A stretch of DNA of 64,000 bases from a bacterium (GCA_035691305.1 DASSJF010000038.1:3312-67311), one strand, 5' to 3'; counted from the stretch's first letter, positions 38,696 to 48,541 are shown. Notes: generated by a model from the letters alone, not told the origin. Program-made: numbers and translations.

Positions 38696-39987
38696 GGCGC
38701 GGTTCCCCGCGCGGCGGCGCCGGGGTCCGCCACCACCTCGGCCGCCGGAACGACGTGCTCCGACGCGGCGCCCTCCCGGACGCGCGCGGTACCGCGCCCG
38801 ACGAGGACCGCGCGCGCGATCCCGCGGCGCGCCGCCTCCGCCGCAACCTGGTCCCACGGGCGTCCGAGCACTTCCAGCGCGACGGCGAACCCACGCGCGC
38901 GAAGCGCGCGCGCACACGCCGCCGCCTCGGCCGCGCACCCGGGCTCCGCGGCCAAGACGACATCCGGCAGCCACGCCTGGCCCGTTCCGCCGGGCGCATC
39001 GCCGTCTTCCGCGGCCAGCACGCGTTCGAGGCGGATCGCAAATCCCGTCGCCGGAAGCGGCACTCCGAACCGCTCCAGCAGCCGGTCGTAACGGCCGCCG
39101 CCCAGGAGCGGCGCGCCGAGCGAGACGGTGTGGCCCTCGAAGACGATGCCGGTGTAGTAGTCGAAGTCGCGGATGATGCTGAGGTCAAACGTCACGGCGT
39201 CCGCCACGCCGTGCGCGGCGAGCGCTTCGCCGAGACGCTCCAGGTCGCGCACGACGTCGCGGCCTTCGGGCGTGTGTACCAGGCGGCGCGCCTCCTCCAA
39301 GGCGCCCGCGCCGCGCAGCGCCGGCAGCGCCATGAGCGCGTCGAGCCGCGCCGCGGGCGCGCGGCGGCGCTCGAGCAGGTTGCGCAGGCCGACGAAGTCT
39401 TTCTGGTACAGGAGCTCCCGCACGCCGCCCGCGTCGTCGCCCGCGAGGTCGAGCCCCGCGAGCACGCCCTGCAGAAAACCGACGTGACCGAGACTCAGCG
39501 AGAAGTCGGACGCGCCCGCGGCGCGCAGCGCGCCGACCGCCAGCGCGACGATCTCCGCGTCCGCCTCCACGCTCTGGGAGCCGATCAGCTCGCACCCGGC
39601 CTGCGGAAACTCGCGCAGCCGCGCGGCGCCGGTTTCGCGTCCGCGGAACACCCAGCCGGCGTAGGCGGCGCGCAGCGGCGCCGGCTCGTCCCGCAGGCGG
39701 GTCGCGACGAGCCGCGCGACCGGCGTCGTCATCTCCGGACGCAGCGCCAGCAGCTCGCCGCCGCGGTCGACCAGCTTGAACAGCCGGTCCGCGGCGTCGG
39801 CGCCCTCGCCCCGCACCAGGACGTCAAGGTACTCGAGCGTCGGCGTGACGACCTCACGGTACCCCCAGCGGGCGGCCTCCGCGAGCACGCCGGCCGTCGC
39901 CGCCCGAAGACGCGCGGCCTGCCGCGGCAGCCAGTCGCGGGTGCCGGAGGGGATCAGCTGCCAGCGCTCTCGCGGATCGCGGTGCAA
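38692..39987 (-). CDS. hisZ: ATP phosphoribosyltransferase regulatory subunit (HisS paralogue)
   Basis: 431 aa, TTG start 39985-39987 with GAGGT RBS. Class-II aaRS-like core aligning with B. subtilis HisZ N-terminus (..GTRDWLP...WGYREVVTPTLEY..). First gene of the his operon. Confidence 0.75.
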   Translation of the reverse strand: MHRDPRERWQLIPSGTRDWLPRQAARLRAATAGVLAEAARWGYREVVTPTLEYLDVLVRGEGADAADRLFKLVDRGGELLALRPEMTTPVARLVATRLRDEPAPLRAAYAGWVFRGRETGAARLREFPQAGCELIGSQSVEADAEIVALAVGALRAAGASDFSLSLGHVGFLQGVLAGLDLAGDDAGGVRELLYQKDFVGLRNLLERRRAPAARLDALMALPALRGAGALEEARRLVHTPEGRDVVRDLERLGEALAAHGVADAVTFDLSIIRDFDYYTGIVFEGHTVSLGAPLLGGGRYDRLLERFGVPLPATGFAIRLERVLAAEDGDAPGGTGQAWLPDVVLAAEPGCAAEAAACARALRARGFAVALEVLGRPWDQVAAEAARRGIARAVLVGRGTARVREGAASEHVVPAAEVVADPGAAARGTAP

Positions 39988-40033
39988 CGGGTACTTTACC
40001 TCGATAAAGTGATAGAGTGTTGAAGCACCCGGC

Positions 40034-40062
40034 TATCCTACCATGGGCGCCGGGGACCGTCA
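40034..40062 (-). promoter_or_regulatory. Candidate sigma-70-type promoter of the his operon: TTGACG-17-TAGGAT
   Basis: Minus strand: -35 TTGACG (complement of 40057-40062), 17-nt spacer, -10 TAGGAT (complement of 40034-40039). Followed by an unusually AT-rich leader of about 45 nt to the hisZ TTG; too short for a T-box. Confidence 0.45.
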
Positions 40063-40069
40063 ACGGCGG

Positions 40070-40642
40070 CTAGAACCGGTCGCGGGCCTCCAACTCGCGG
40101 GCCAGGCGGGCGCGGTCGGCCGCGTCCGCGCCGGCCGGCTCGTCCCCCGCGGGAAGGGCGGGCGGCGCTGGCACGGCGGCCCGGGTGCCGGAGCGCGGCG
40201 CGCCCGCTCGGGCCGTCCAGCGACGGATAAGGAGCAGCGCGAGCCCCAACCCGCCGGCGAGCCCGGCGGCCGGACCCGCGTAGAGCAGCAGCGAGAACCC
40301 GCGCCGCGGCGGCTCGGCGAGCACGCTCTCCCCAAACTGGCCCACGAAAAAGCTCAATATCTGGGCCGGGGTCTCGCCGGCCTGAAGCTTGGCGCGGATG
40401 ACGTCGCGCATCTCCCGCGCGACCGCGGAATCGCTCTCTGCGACGGTCTGCCCCACGCAGACAGGACACATCAGCTGGCGCGCGACGGCGTAGACGCGGT
40501 CGTCGAGGGTGTCGGCGCGCGCGGCGGCCGGACGCCACGACGCCGCGGTCGCGGCCGCGAGCAGCACGAACGCGGCGGCAATTACATGGCGGCCGGCCGC
40601 GGGCCGGCCGGCACGAATCGCTCCCGCCTTACGCGCCGTCAC
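40070..40642 (-). CDS. CcmH/NrfF-like cytochrome c maturation thiol-disulfide protein (stand-alone)
   Basis: 190 aa; N-terminal signal anchor, CPVC redox motif (LMCPVCVGQT), second TM helix and Ala/Arg-rich tail; overlaps the yerC stop by 14 nt. Confidence 0.6.
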   Translation of the reverse strand: MTARKAGAIRAGRPAAGRHVIAAAFVLLAAATAASWRPAAARADTLDDRVYAVARQLMCPVCVGQTVAESDSAVAREMRDVIRAKLQAGETPAQILSFFVGQFGESVLAEPPRRGFSLLLYAGPAAGLAGGLGLALLLIRRWTARAGAPRSGTRAAVPAPPALPAGDEPAGADAADRARLARELEARDRF

Positions 40643-40961
40643 GAGCGGTGCGGGGCCGCCGCCGAAGCCGGTCGAGGACGAGGGCGTATCCGTCCGCCCC
40701 GTAGGTCAGGAACCGCCGAACGCGGCTGATCGTCGCCGACGACGCCCCGGTGCGCTCCGCGATCTGCTGGTAGGTCCGTCCATCGGCCAGCATCCGCGCC
40801 ACCGCGAAGCGCTGGGCGAGCGCCTTCAATTCGCCGATCGTGCAGAGGTCCTCAAAGAACCGGTAGCATTCGTCGACGCTGCGCAGCCGCAGCACCGCGC
40901 GGAAGAGCGCGTCGGTCTCCGGCTCCCGCAGTTTCGGATTGACCACGGCGCGGCTGTTCAC
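40629..40961 (-). CDS. yerC: YerC/YecD-like TrpR-family DNA-binding protein
   Basis: 110 aa; aligns along its length with B. subtilis YerC (ECYRFFEDLCTIGELKALAQRFAVARML...TGASSATISRVRRFL). Confidence 0.75.
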   Translation of the reverse strand: MNSRAVVNPKLREPETDALFRAVLRLRSVDECYRFFEDLCTIGELKALAQRFAVARMLADGRTYQQIAERTGASSATISRVRRFLTYGADGYALVLDRLRRRPRTARDGA

Positions 40962-41018
40962 GGCGGCGGTCCTCCCATTCTCTGCTACGCTGACGCGTGA
41001 AACCGCCGCGCAGTTCGG

Positions 41019-41939
41019 TCAGAGCCAGCGCTCCACCTCCTCCGCCTCGCCCTCGAGCCCCAGATCGCGCAGTGCCGCCGACGCGGCGGCCACGTCGTCG
41101 ACCGCCTCCGGGCGCCCGACCGCGAGGGCCGCGCGCGCGCGCGCTTTGGCGATCCGGGCGGCAAGATAGCGGTTCTCGGGGGGCGCCGCGCGCTCGGCCT
41201 GCCGGAGCAGCTCCTCCGCCCGGTCGACCGCGGACGATCGTGGATGCGCGCCCTCGACGAGCGCCGTCGCGACGTCGGCCCGGAACGCCGCGAGGCCCTC
41301 CGCGTCGCCCGCCGGCCAGCCGGCCAGGGCCGCCGCGGCGAGACGGTCCGCCTCCCGCAGCAGCCCGCGCGCTTCCGCCGCCGCGGAGGCGGAGCGGACG
41401 CCGTCCCCCGAGGGCCGCGTCCGCAGCGCGGCGAGCCGTCGAAGCAGGAGCGATTTTGTCGCCCGCGCGTGCGCCACCGCGTCGCCGGCGTGGAAGCGCT
41501 TCGCGAGCGCGAGGGTACGGTCGCACGCCGCGATCCCGTCCTCCGCGGCGCGCCCGGCCTCGGCGCCCGTCGTCAGGTCGGCCAGGTCGCGGTACGCGTC
41601 CTCGAGATAGGCGCGCAGCGGAACCGCGGCCGCTTCACCGGATTCCCGGCGCACGACGTTGAGCAGTTCCTGCGCCAGCACGACCGCGCGGCGCGCGTCC
41701 TCGGGGCGGCGGCGGAGACGTAGCGCGAGCGACAAGCCGATCAGTACGCCTTCGACGTCCGCGGCGCCGGTCTCCCCGCCGGGGCCGGCGGTCTCCGGAT
41801 CCGCGCGGCGCAGCAGGCGCTCGGCCTCCTCGAACGCGGCGACCGCCTCGGACAGATGCCGCGCGCCCTCCGCGAAAAAGGCGCGGAGCGCGCGCCAGCC
41901 CTCCGCGGCGCGCGTGCGTCCCGTGGGCCGCGCGTCCAC
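41019..41939 (-). CDS. Hypothetical Ala/Arg/Glu-rich helical protein (start uncertain)
   Basis: In-frame part of ORF 41019..42575 downstream of a GTG at 41937-41939; the upstream part overlaps the membrane-protein gene out of frame. No recognisable family; low complexity, so this may be a high-GC artefact. Confidence 0.3.
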   Translation of the reverse strand: MDARPTGRTRAAEGWRALRAFFAEGARHLSEAVAAFEEAERLLRRADPETAGPGGETGAADVEGVLIGLSLALRLRRRPEDARRAVVLAQELLNVVRRESGEAAAVPLRAYLEDAYRDLADLTTGAEAGRAAEDGIAACDRTLALAKRFHAGDAVAHARATKSLLLRRLAALRTRPSGDGVRSASAAAEARGLLREADRLAAAALAGWPAGDAEGLAAFRADVATALVEGAHPRSSAVDRAEELLRQAERAAPPENRYLAARIAKARARAALAVGRPEAVDDVAAASAALRDLGLEGEAEEVERWL

Positions 41940-41950
41940 GAGCGGGGCCG

Positions 41951-42664
41951 TCAGGCCGCGGACGGGAGCGCCGCGTCGCCGGCAGGGCGCCGCCGGTCGA
42001 GAATCAACACGCCGACGACCAGCGCCGCGGCGGCGGTCAGCTCCAGCGCGGTCCATACGACGTTCGAGTAGAGCCGAAGCGCGTACAGCAGCCCGAAGGC
42101 GAGAAAGACGCTCTGAAACAAGATGGCTGCGACGAGGTACGCGCCGCCCCGCCCGCGCGCCGCCCCCAGCGCGGCGAGCGCCGTTGACGCGGTGTTGGCG
42201 GCGACGAACGCGAGTTGCTGGAGCAGCGACACACCGAAGGCCGACGCGGAGCTGATCGGCAGGGCGCGGGCCATCAGCGCCAGGTGGATGACTTGATACG
42301 CGCCGACCACCGCGAACCCGGCGCCGGCCGCGGCCCCGAACGCGTACGGCGCCCCGCCGCGCGACAGTCGCCACGCAAGCAGCGCCGCCGCAAGCGTGAA
42401 TACCTCGTTCACGGTCGCGGTCACGACCGCACCTGCGAGCCCCGGACCGAGCGTCATCGCGATCGCGTCGGGTCCCCAGCCGAACAGGGACGCCAATAGG
42501 AGCTGAATCGAGAAAACCAGGAAGACCGTCAGGGGGAAAGCGATACTGCCGGCCGCGAACGCGACAAGAAGCCAAGGCCGCAAGGACCTGGACCCGCCCA
42601 TCACGGCGACCGCCGCCGCCAGCCCGTACCCGAGCGCGAGCCCGGCGGCCGCGGGCATCACCAA
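41951..42664 (-). CDS. Polytopic membrane protein (6-7 TM; possibly YhfC/CPBP-like intramembrane protease family)
   Basis: 237 aa, TTG start at about 42662-42664, entirely hydrophobic helices with a conserved-looking Glu (TVNEVF) and His (YQVIHLAL). Preceded by a strong promoter. Confidence 0.55.
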   Translation of the reverse strand: MVMPAAAGLALGYGLAAAVAVMGGSRSLRPWLLVAFAAGSIAFPLTVFLVFSIQLLLASLFGWGPDAIAMTLGPGLAGAVVTATVNEVFTLAAALLAWRLSRGGAPYAFGAAAGAGFAVVGAYQVIHLALMARALPISSASAFGVSLLQQLAFVAANTASTALAALGAARGRGGAYLVAAILFQSVFLAFGLLYALRLYSNVVWTALELTAAAALVVGVLILDRRRPAGDAALPSAA

Positions 42665-42693
42665 TGCGCGCTGTCTGAACGCACGACAGGGTT

Positions 42694-42723
42694 ATTGTAG
42701 GCTCGGCACGCGCGCAAATGCAA
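42694..42723 (-). promoter_or_regulatory. Sigma-70-type promoter: TTGCAT-18-TACAAT
   Basis: Minus strand: -35 TTGCAT (complement of 42718-42723), 18-nt spacer, -10 TACAAT (complement of 42694-42699), about 30 nt upstream of the membrane-protein start. Confidence 0.5.
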
Positions 42724-42813
42724 GCAAGACGACGCGATCGTCACCCGGACGAGAGCGCCGGCGGTCGTACGGCGGGTTCCCCTACACGGCCCGGGGCCGC
42801 GGTCGGGTTTTGA

Positions 42814-43071
42814 TTACGCGGTTGCCGGCGCGCGGCCGCAGCGCTCGGGCTTGAGCACGCGCACCGTCGAGGCGGGATGCCGGGCCAACGCGGCCGCGGG
42901 CCGGATCGGGCGCGGAACGAGGCCGCCGCCGCAGTTCGGACACCGGCCGCGGAGAATCCTCTCCGCGCAGCCGCGGCAGAAGGTGCACTCGAAGGAACAG
43001 ATCATCGCGTCCGCCGCATCCGGCGGGAGATCTCGGTCGCAGCACTCGCAGTTGGGACGAATCTCCAACAT
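42814..43071 (-). CDS. DUF1272 zinc-ribbon protein
   Basis: 85 aa; Cys pattern C-E-C-C...CSFECTFC..C....CPNCGG typical of DUF1272; 14 nt downstream of leuB, so probably the last gene of the ilv-leu operon. Confidence 0.7.
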   Translation of the reverse strand: MLEIRPNCECCDRDLPPDAADAMICSFECTFCRGCAERILRGRCPNCGGGLVPRPIRPAAALARHPASTVRVLKPERCGRAPATA

Positions 43072-43085
43072 CGCCCGCCTCGCCC

Positions 43086-44165
43086 TCAGGACAGCCGGGC
43101 CAGCACCGCGTCGGCCATCGCCGCGGTCCCGAGCGCCGGCCCGTTTCCGGCCATGTCGGCCGTGCGACAGCCGTCCGCGAGCGCCTGGACGACGGCGATC
43201 TCGATCGCCGACGCCGCGGCTTCGTGCTCGGCGCCGTAGCGCAGCAGCAGCGCGCCCGTCAGAATCGCCGCGAGCGGATTCGCGATCCCGCGGCCGGCGA
43301 TGTCCGGCGCCGTGCCGTGCACCGGCTCGAACAGGCCGGGCGCCGCATCGCCGAGGCTGGCCGACGGCATCAACCCGAGCGTGCCCATCACACCCGCGGC
43401 CTCATCGCTCAGGATGTCGCCGAACATGTTGTCCGTCACGATCACGTCGAACTGCTTCGGGTCGCGCACGAGCTGCATCGCGCAGTTGTCCACCAGCATA
43501 TGCTCGAGTGTCACGTCTGCGAACTCGCGCCCGACCTCCGCGGCCACTTCGCGCCACAACCGGGAGGTCTCGAGCACGTTGGCTTTGTCGACCGACGTGA
43601 CCTTGCGCCGCGGGCGTGTACGCGCGAACCGGCACGCCGCGCGGACGACCCGGCGCACCTCTCCCGCCGAATACGGCAGGGTGTCCTGCGCGGTGGCCGC
43701 CTCGCCTTCCCCGGTGCGCGACTGCGGCCCGAAGTAGAGGCCGCCGGTGAGCTCGCGCACGATCAGCATGTCCACGCCCTCGGCCAGCTCGCGCCGCAGA
43801 GGCGACGCGCCGACGAGCGGCCCGCGCACGACCGCGGGGCGGAGGTTGGCGTAGAGCCCGAACCGCCGGCGCAGCGTGAACAACGCCTGCTCCGGCCGAA
43901 GGTGCCGCGGCCCCTTGTCCCACTTTGGGCCGCCGCACGCGCCGAGGAGAATCGCGTTCGAGCGGGCGCACAGATTGACCGTTTCGTCCGGAATCGGATC
44001 GCCGGTCGCGTCGATCGCGGCGCCGCCGGCGATGCCCTGTTCGAACGAGAGCGAGATCTCGAACCGCCGCCCGGCCTCACGGAGGACCCGCACCGCCTGC
44101 GTGACCACCTCGGGGCCGATCCCGTCGCCGGGAACGACCGCGATCTGCATGGCGCGCCCGCTCAC
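43086..44165 (-). CDS. leuB: 3-isopropylmalate dehydrogenase
   Basis: 359 aa; GTG 44163-44165 overlaps the cimA TGA; ...IAVVPGDGIGPEV... and the full IMDH signature. Confidence 0.95.
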   Translation of the reverse strand: MSGRAMQIAVVPGDGIGPEVVTQAVRVLREAGRRFEISLSFEQGIAGGAAIDATGDPIPDETVNLCARSNAILLGACGGPKWDKGPRHLRPEQALFTLRRRFGLYANLRPAVVRGPLVGASPLRRELAEGVDMLIVRELTGGLYFGPQSRTGEGEAATAQDTLPYSAGEVRRVVRAACRFARTRPRRKVTSVDKANVLETSRLWREVAAEVGREFADVTLEHMLVDNCAMQLVRDPKQFDVIVTDNMFGDILSDEAAGVMGTLGLMPSASLGDAAPGLFEPVHGTAPDIAGRGIANPLAAILTGALLLRYGAEHEAAASAIEIAVVQALADGCRTADMAGNGPALGTAAMADAVLARLS

Positions 44166-45790
44166 GGGCGGACGCCCGGGCGCCCTGCCCCGGCCCCGGC
44201 GGGGACCGCGCGGCCTGCGACCTCCGCGCGCAGGAGCACGTACTCGAGGCTGTCGGCCAGCGCCTGCCAGGACGCTTCTACCACGTTTTCGGAGACGCCG
44301 ACGGTGCCCCAGGTGTTCGTCCCGTCGGTGGACTGGATCAGCACGCGCACGCGTGCGGCGGTCGCCGCGTCCGCGTTGAGCACGCGCACCTTGTAGTCAG
44401 TCAGGCGCACGCGCTGGATCGCCGGGTAGAAGCGCCCGAGCGCCTTCCGCAGCGCGCGGTCGAGCGCGTTCACCGGACCGTCGCCCTCCGCGGCGGTGTG
44501 CTCTTCCTGGCCCTCGACCGCGACCTTGATCGTGGCCTCCGCCGCGCTTGCGCCGCCGCCCCGCTTCTCGACCGTCACCCGCAGGCCGAGCAGGGTGAAC
44601 GAGGGCCGGTGCTGACCGAGGATCCGCCGCATGAGCAGCTCGAACGAGGCCTCCGCGGCCTCGAACTGGTATCCTTCGTGCTCCAGCCGCTTGAGCTCCG
44701 CCAGGATCCGGCGGACCTCCGGCCGGTCGCGCGAGAGGTCGATGCCCATCTCCTGCGCTTTGTACATGACGTTGGCGCGCCCCGAGAGATCGCTCACCAC
44801 GACGCGACGCGCGTTGCCCACCGCCTCCGGCGCGATGTGCTCGTAGGTCGGCGGGTGGGCCATCACGGCGCTGACGTGCACGCCGCCCTTGTGCGCGAAC
44901 GCGTTCTGTCCGACGAACGGCTGGTACTCGTCCGGGGTGAGGTTGGCCAGCTCGGCGACGTAGCGCGACACCTCGCCGAGCCGCACGAGGTGCTCCCCCG
45001 GCAGGCAGCGGTAGCCCATCTTCAGCTGGAGGTTCGGAATAATGGAGACGAGGTTCGCGTTGCCGCAGCGCTCGCCGATCCCGTTGATCGTGCCTTGGAC
45101 GTGCACGCAGCCGGCCTCGACCGCGACCAGCGTGTTCGCCACGCCGAGCTCACCGTCGTTGTGCGTGTGGATGCCGAGCGGCCCCGCGACCGTCCCGCGC
45201 GCCGCCTCGACGCCCTTGCGGATTTCGTGCGGGAGGCAGCCGCCGTTCGTGTCGCAGAGCGCGACGACCGATGCGCCGGCGCGCTCCGCCGCGCGGAGGG
45301 TGGCGAGCGCGTAGTCCGGGTTGGCCTTCCAGCCGTCGAAGAAGTGCTCGGCGTCGTAGACGACCTCGAGGCCGCGCGACCGCAGGTAGCGGACCGAATC
45401 CTCGATCATGGCCAGGTTCTCGTCGAGGGTCGTGTGAAGCGCTTCGCGCACGTGCAGATCCCAGGATTTGCCGAAGAGCGCCGCGGCCGGTGTGGCCGCG
45501 GCGAGGATCAGGTTGAGGTTCTCGTCGTCTTGGGCCGGGATCCCGGGCCGCCGGGTGCTGCCGAACGCGGTGAGACGGGCGTGACGCCACGTCCGGCCGC
45601 GGGCCCGCTCGAAGAACTCCATGTCCTTCGGATTGCTGCCGGGCCAGCCCCCTTCAACATAGTCGAGGCCGAACGCGTCGAGGTACTCCGCGATCCGCAA
45701 CTTGTCGTCGGCGGACAACGTGATGCCCGCCCCCTGGGTGCCGTCCCGGAGGGTCGTGTCGTAGAGCGCGATGCGCCCGCCGTTCGGCAT
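44162..45790 (-). CDS. cimA: (R)-citramalate synthase (CimA, LeuA-like with C-terminal regulatory domain)
   Basis: 542 aa, ATG 45788-45790; N-terminus MPNGGRIALYDTTLRDGTQGAGITLSADDKLRIAEYLDAFGLDYVEGGWPGSNPKDMEFFE closely matches the CimA (RDGTQ) subtype rather than LeuA (RDGEQ). Confidence 0.8.
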   Translation of the reverse strand: MPNGGRIALYDTTLRDGTQGAGITLSADDKLRIAEYLDAFGLDYVEGGWPGSNPKDMEFFERARGRTWRHARLTAFGSTRRPGIPAQDDENLNLILAAATPAAALFGKSWDLHVREALHTTLDENLAMIEDSVRYLRSRGLEVVYDAEHFFDGWKANPDYALATLRAAERAGASVVALCDTNGGCLPHEIRKGVEAARGTVAGPLGIHTHNDGELGVANTLVAVEAGCVHVQGTINGIGERCGNANLVSIIPNLQLKMGYRCLPGEHLVRLGEVSRYVAELANLTPDEYQPFVGQNAFAHKGGVHVSAVMAHPPTYEHIAPEAVGNARRVVVSDLSGRANVMYKAQEMGIDLSRDRPEVRRILAELKRLEHEGYQFEAAEASFELLMRRILGQHRPSFTLLGLRVTVEKRGGGASAAEATIKVAVEGQEEHTAAEGDGPVNALDRALRKALGRFYPAIQRVRLTDYKVRVLNADAATAARVRVLIQSTDGTNTWGTVGVSENVVEASWQALADSLEYVLLRAEVAGRAVPAGAGAGRPGVRP

Positions 45791-45794
45791 TCGT

Positions 45795-47330
45795 CTAGCC
45801 GCCGTAGGTGTTGCTCATCCAGTGCTCGCGCTCGTAGATGAGCTTGTTGACCGCGGTGAGGTAGGCCTTCGCGCTCGCCTCCAGCACGTCGGTGCTGGTT
45901 CCGCGGCCGACGAACAGGCCGTCGCCGTCCCGCACCTTCACCGTGGCTTCGCCGAGCGCGTCGGTGCCGACGGTCACGGCCTTGATCGCGTAGTCGGCCA
46001 GGGTCGGGGAGAGGCCGGTGATCTTGTTGACGGCGTTGTAGATCGCGTCGACCGGGCCGTCGCCGCTCGCCTCCTCCGTGAACAGCTCGCGGCCGCGCGC
46101 GAGGGTGACGGACGCCATCGGCGGGAGCGTGCTGCTCGTCGAGACGTGGAAGGCACGGAGGGCGTAGGTCTGCGGCCCCTGCCCCTCGCTCTCGACGAGC
46201 GAGAGGATGTCCTCGACCGAGACCTGCTTCTTCTTGTCGCAGAGCACCTTGAACTCGACGAACGCCCGCTCGACTTCGGCGTCGCTCAGCTTGAGGCCGT
46301 TTTCCTCGAGCAGGTTCTTGAAGGCGTGGCGGCCGGAGTGCTTCCCGAGCACGAGCTTGTTGCTCGGGATACCGATCGTCTGCGGCGTCATGATCTCGTA
46401 GGTCTCGCGGTTCATGAGGACGCCGTGCTGGTGAATCCCGGCTTCGTGCGCGAACGCGTTGTCGCCGACGATCGCCTTGTTCGGCTGAACGGGCACGCCG
46501 GCGATCGCGCTGATCAGCCGGCTGGTGCGGTAGATCTTCGTCGTGTCGATCCCGGTCTCGCAGCCGTAGTAGCCGCGGCGCGTGTGCAGCGCCATGACGA
46601 TCTCTTCCAGCGCGGCGTTGCCGGCCCGCTCGCCGATGCCGTTGATCGTGCCTTCGATCTGACGCACGCCGACGCGCAGCGCGGCGAGCGAGTTGGCGAC
46701 GGCCAGCCCGAGGTCGTCATGACAGTGCACACTCCAGACGACCTTGTCGCCGCCCCGGGTGTGCTCGATGCAGAACTTGAGCAGCGCCGCGTATTCCTCC
46801 GGCGTCGCGTAACCGGTCGTGTCCGGGACATTGATCGTCGTCGCACCCGCCGCGATCGCGCCGTCGAACACGCGCACCAGGAACGCGGGATCCGACCGGC
46901 TCGCGTCCTCCGCCGAGAACTCGACGTCTTCCACCGACCGCCGCGCGAGCCGCACGGCCGCGACCGAGGCCTCGTAGACCTGGTCCGGCGTCATGCGCAG
47001 CTTATGCTCCATGTGGATCGGGGACGTGGCGATGAAGGTGTGGATGCGCGGGCGCTCCGCCTCGCGCACGCCCTCGATCGCCGCCTCGACGTCGCCGCGA
47101 TTCGCGCGGGCGAGGCCGGCGATCACGGGCCCGCGCACCTCGCGGGCGATCAGCTGCACGCCTTCGAGATCGCCGGGCGAACTCGCCGGGAAGCCGGCTT
47201 CGATGATGTCGACCCGCAGCGCGGCGAGCGCGCGGGCAACCTCGAGCTTCTCCTGCGTGTTCATGGTGAAGCCCGGCGACTGCTCGCCGTCCCGCAGCGT
47301 GGTATCGAAGATCCGGATCATCTCGCCCAT
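45795..47330 (-). CDS. leuA: 2-isopropylmalate synthase
   Basis: ORF 45795..47408 trimmed to Met-27 ([21 protein letters not shown]...). HxH and DRE TIM-barrel motifs and the LeuA dimerisation domain. The ORF's own start is a TTG 26 codons upstream. Confidence 0.95.
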   Translation of the reverse strand: MGEMIRIFDTTLRDGEQSPGFTMNTQEKLEVARALAALRVDIIEAGFPASSPGDLEGVQLIAREVRGPVIAGLARANRGDVEAAIEGVREAERPRIHTFIATSPIHMEHKLRMTPDQVYEASVAAVRLARRSVEDVEFSAEDASRSDPAFLVRVFDGAIAAGATTINVPDTTGYATPEEYAALLKFCIEHTRGGDKVVWSVHCHDDLGLAVANSLAALRVGVRQIEGTINGIGERAGNAALEEIVMALHTRRGYYGCETGIDTTKIYRTSRLISAIAGVPVQPNKAIVGDNAFAHEAGIHQHGVLMNRETYEIMTPQTIGIPSNKLVLGKHSGRHAFKNLLEENGLKLSDAEVERAFVEFKVLCDKKKQVSVEDILSLVESEGQGPQTYALRAFHVSTSSTLPPMASVTLARGRELFTEEASGDGPVDAIYNAVNKITGLSPTLADYAIKAVTVGTDALGEATVKVRDGDGLFVGRGTSTDVLEASAKAYLTAVNKLIYEREHWMSNTYGG

Positions 47331-47435
47331 CCCTTCTCCTCCCCCTCCGGCCTCGCGAATGCGGGGCCGTGATCCGCGCGCGGCCCGCCGCGTCCCTCGC
47401 GGGGACAAGCCGGCGGAATGCGCCGGCGCGGCCGC

Positions 47436-48506
47436 CTACCGCTTGGCACGCGCCTCGGTTTTCCGAGACCCGGCCTTCGCTCCCGCGCCGTCCTGCCCGG
47501 GCACGGAGATGTCCCGCTTCAGCCACGGCATCATCGCGCGCAGCTGCCGCCCGATCTCCTCGATCGGATGATCGGCTTCCTGACGGTAGCGCGCGTTGAA
47601 CACCGGGCGCCCCGCCTCGTTCTCGAGGATCCACTCCTTGGCGAACGCACCGCTCTGGATCTCCGCCAGGATGCGGCGCATCTCGGCCCGCGTCTCGTCG
47701 GTGATGATCCGGCGGCCCCGTGTGAAGTCGCCGAACTTCGCGGTGTTGCTGACGGAATAGCGCATCAGGCCCAGGCCGCCCTCGTAGATGAGGTCGACGA
47801 TGAGCTTCATCTCGTGCAGGCACTCGAAGTACGCGATCTCCGGAGCGTAGCCGGCGGCGACGAGCGTCTCGTACCCCGCCTTGATCAGCTCGGAGATGCC
47901 GCCGCACAGCACGGTCTGCTCGCCGAAGAGGTCGCTCTCGGTCTCCTCGCGGAACGTGGTCTCGATGACCCCGGCGCGCAGGCTGCCGATGCCGTGCGCG
48001 TACGCGAGCGCGGTCGTGCGGGCCTTGCCCGTATGGTCCTGGTGGACCGCGAGCAGCGACGGTACGCCCTTCCCCTCGACGTACATCCGGCGCAGCAGGT
48101 GGCCGGGGCTCTTCGGCGCGATCATGAACACGTCCGCGTCCGCCGGCGGCACGATCTGATGGAAGTGGATGCTGAACCCGTGGGAGAGGCCGAGCGCCTT
48201 GCCGGCCGTGAGGTGCGGCGCGATCTCCTCGCGGTACACCCGGGCCTGAATCTCGTCCGGAATCAGAATCTGAATGATGTCGCACTGAGCGGCGGCCTGG
48301 GAGACCGTCGCGACCTCGAGGCCGTCCGCCTGGGCCTGCTCCCAAGACCGGCTGCCCCTATACAGCCCAACCACGACGGAGACGCCGCTGTCGTGCAGGT
48401 TTTGGGCCTGGGCGTGCCCCTGGCTGCCGTAGCCGATCACCGCGACCCGGCGGCCGCGGAGCACGTTCAGGTTGGCGTCCTGTTCGTAATAGACCTTGGC
48501 CGGCAT
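47436..48506 (-). CDS. ilvC: Ketol-acid reductoisomerase
   Basis: 356 aa, [37 protein letters not shown]... canonical class-I KARI. Confidence 0.95.
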   Translation of the reverse strand: MPAKVYYEQDANLNVLRGRRVAVIGYGSQGHAQAQNLHDSGVSVVVGLYRGSRSWEQAQADGLEVATVSQAAAQCDIIQILIPDEIQARVYREEIAPHLTAGKALGLSHGFSIHFHQIVPPADADVFMIAPKSPGHLLRRMYVEGKGVPSLLAVHQDHTGKARTTALAYAHGIGSLRAGVIETTFREETESDLFGEQTVLCGGISELIKAGYETLVAAGYAPEIAYFECLHEMKLIVDLIYEGGLGLMRYSVSNTAKFGDFTRGRRIITDETRAEMRRILAEIQSGAFAKEWILENEAGRPVFNARYRQEADHPIEEIGRQLRAMMPWLKRDISVPGQDGAGAKAGSRKTEARAKR

Positions 48507-48541
48507 CGCTGCGCCGCCTCCCTTGGGGCTCGCCCCGAAGA

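Noticed and set aside
38025-39188. N-terminal 390 codons of ORF 36696..39188, giving an apparent hisG-hisD fusion
   Set aside because: This part is out of frame relative to the conserved HisG frame (38021..38974). HisD similarity begins at the GTG overlapping the hisG stop. It is not a fusion protein.
42760-42813. Possible intrinsic terminator after DUF1272 (GGCCCCGGGCC palindrome followed by TTTTGATT on the plus strand)
   Set aside because: The palindrome has only a 1-3-nt loop and the T-run is on the strand opposite the ilv-leu operon. This is not convincing as a terminator for either strand.
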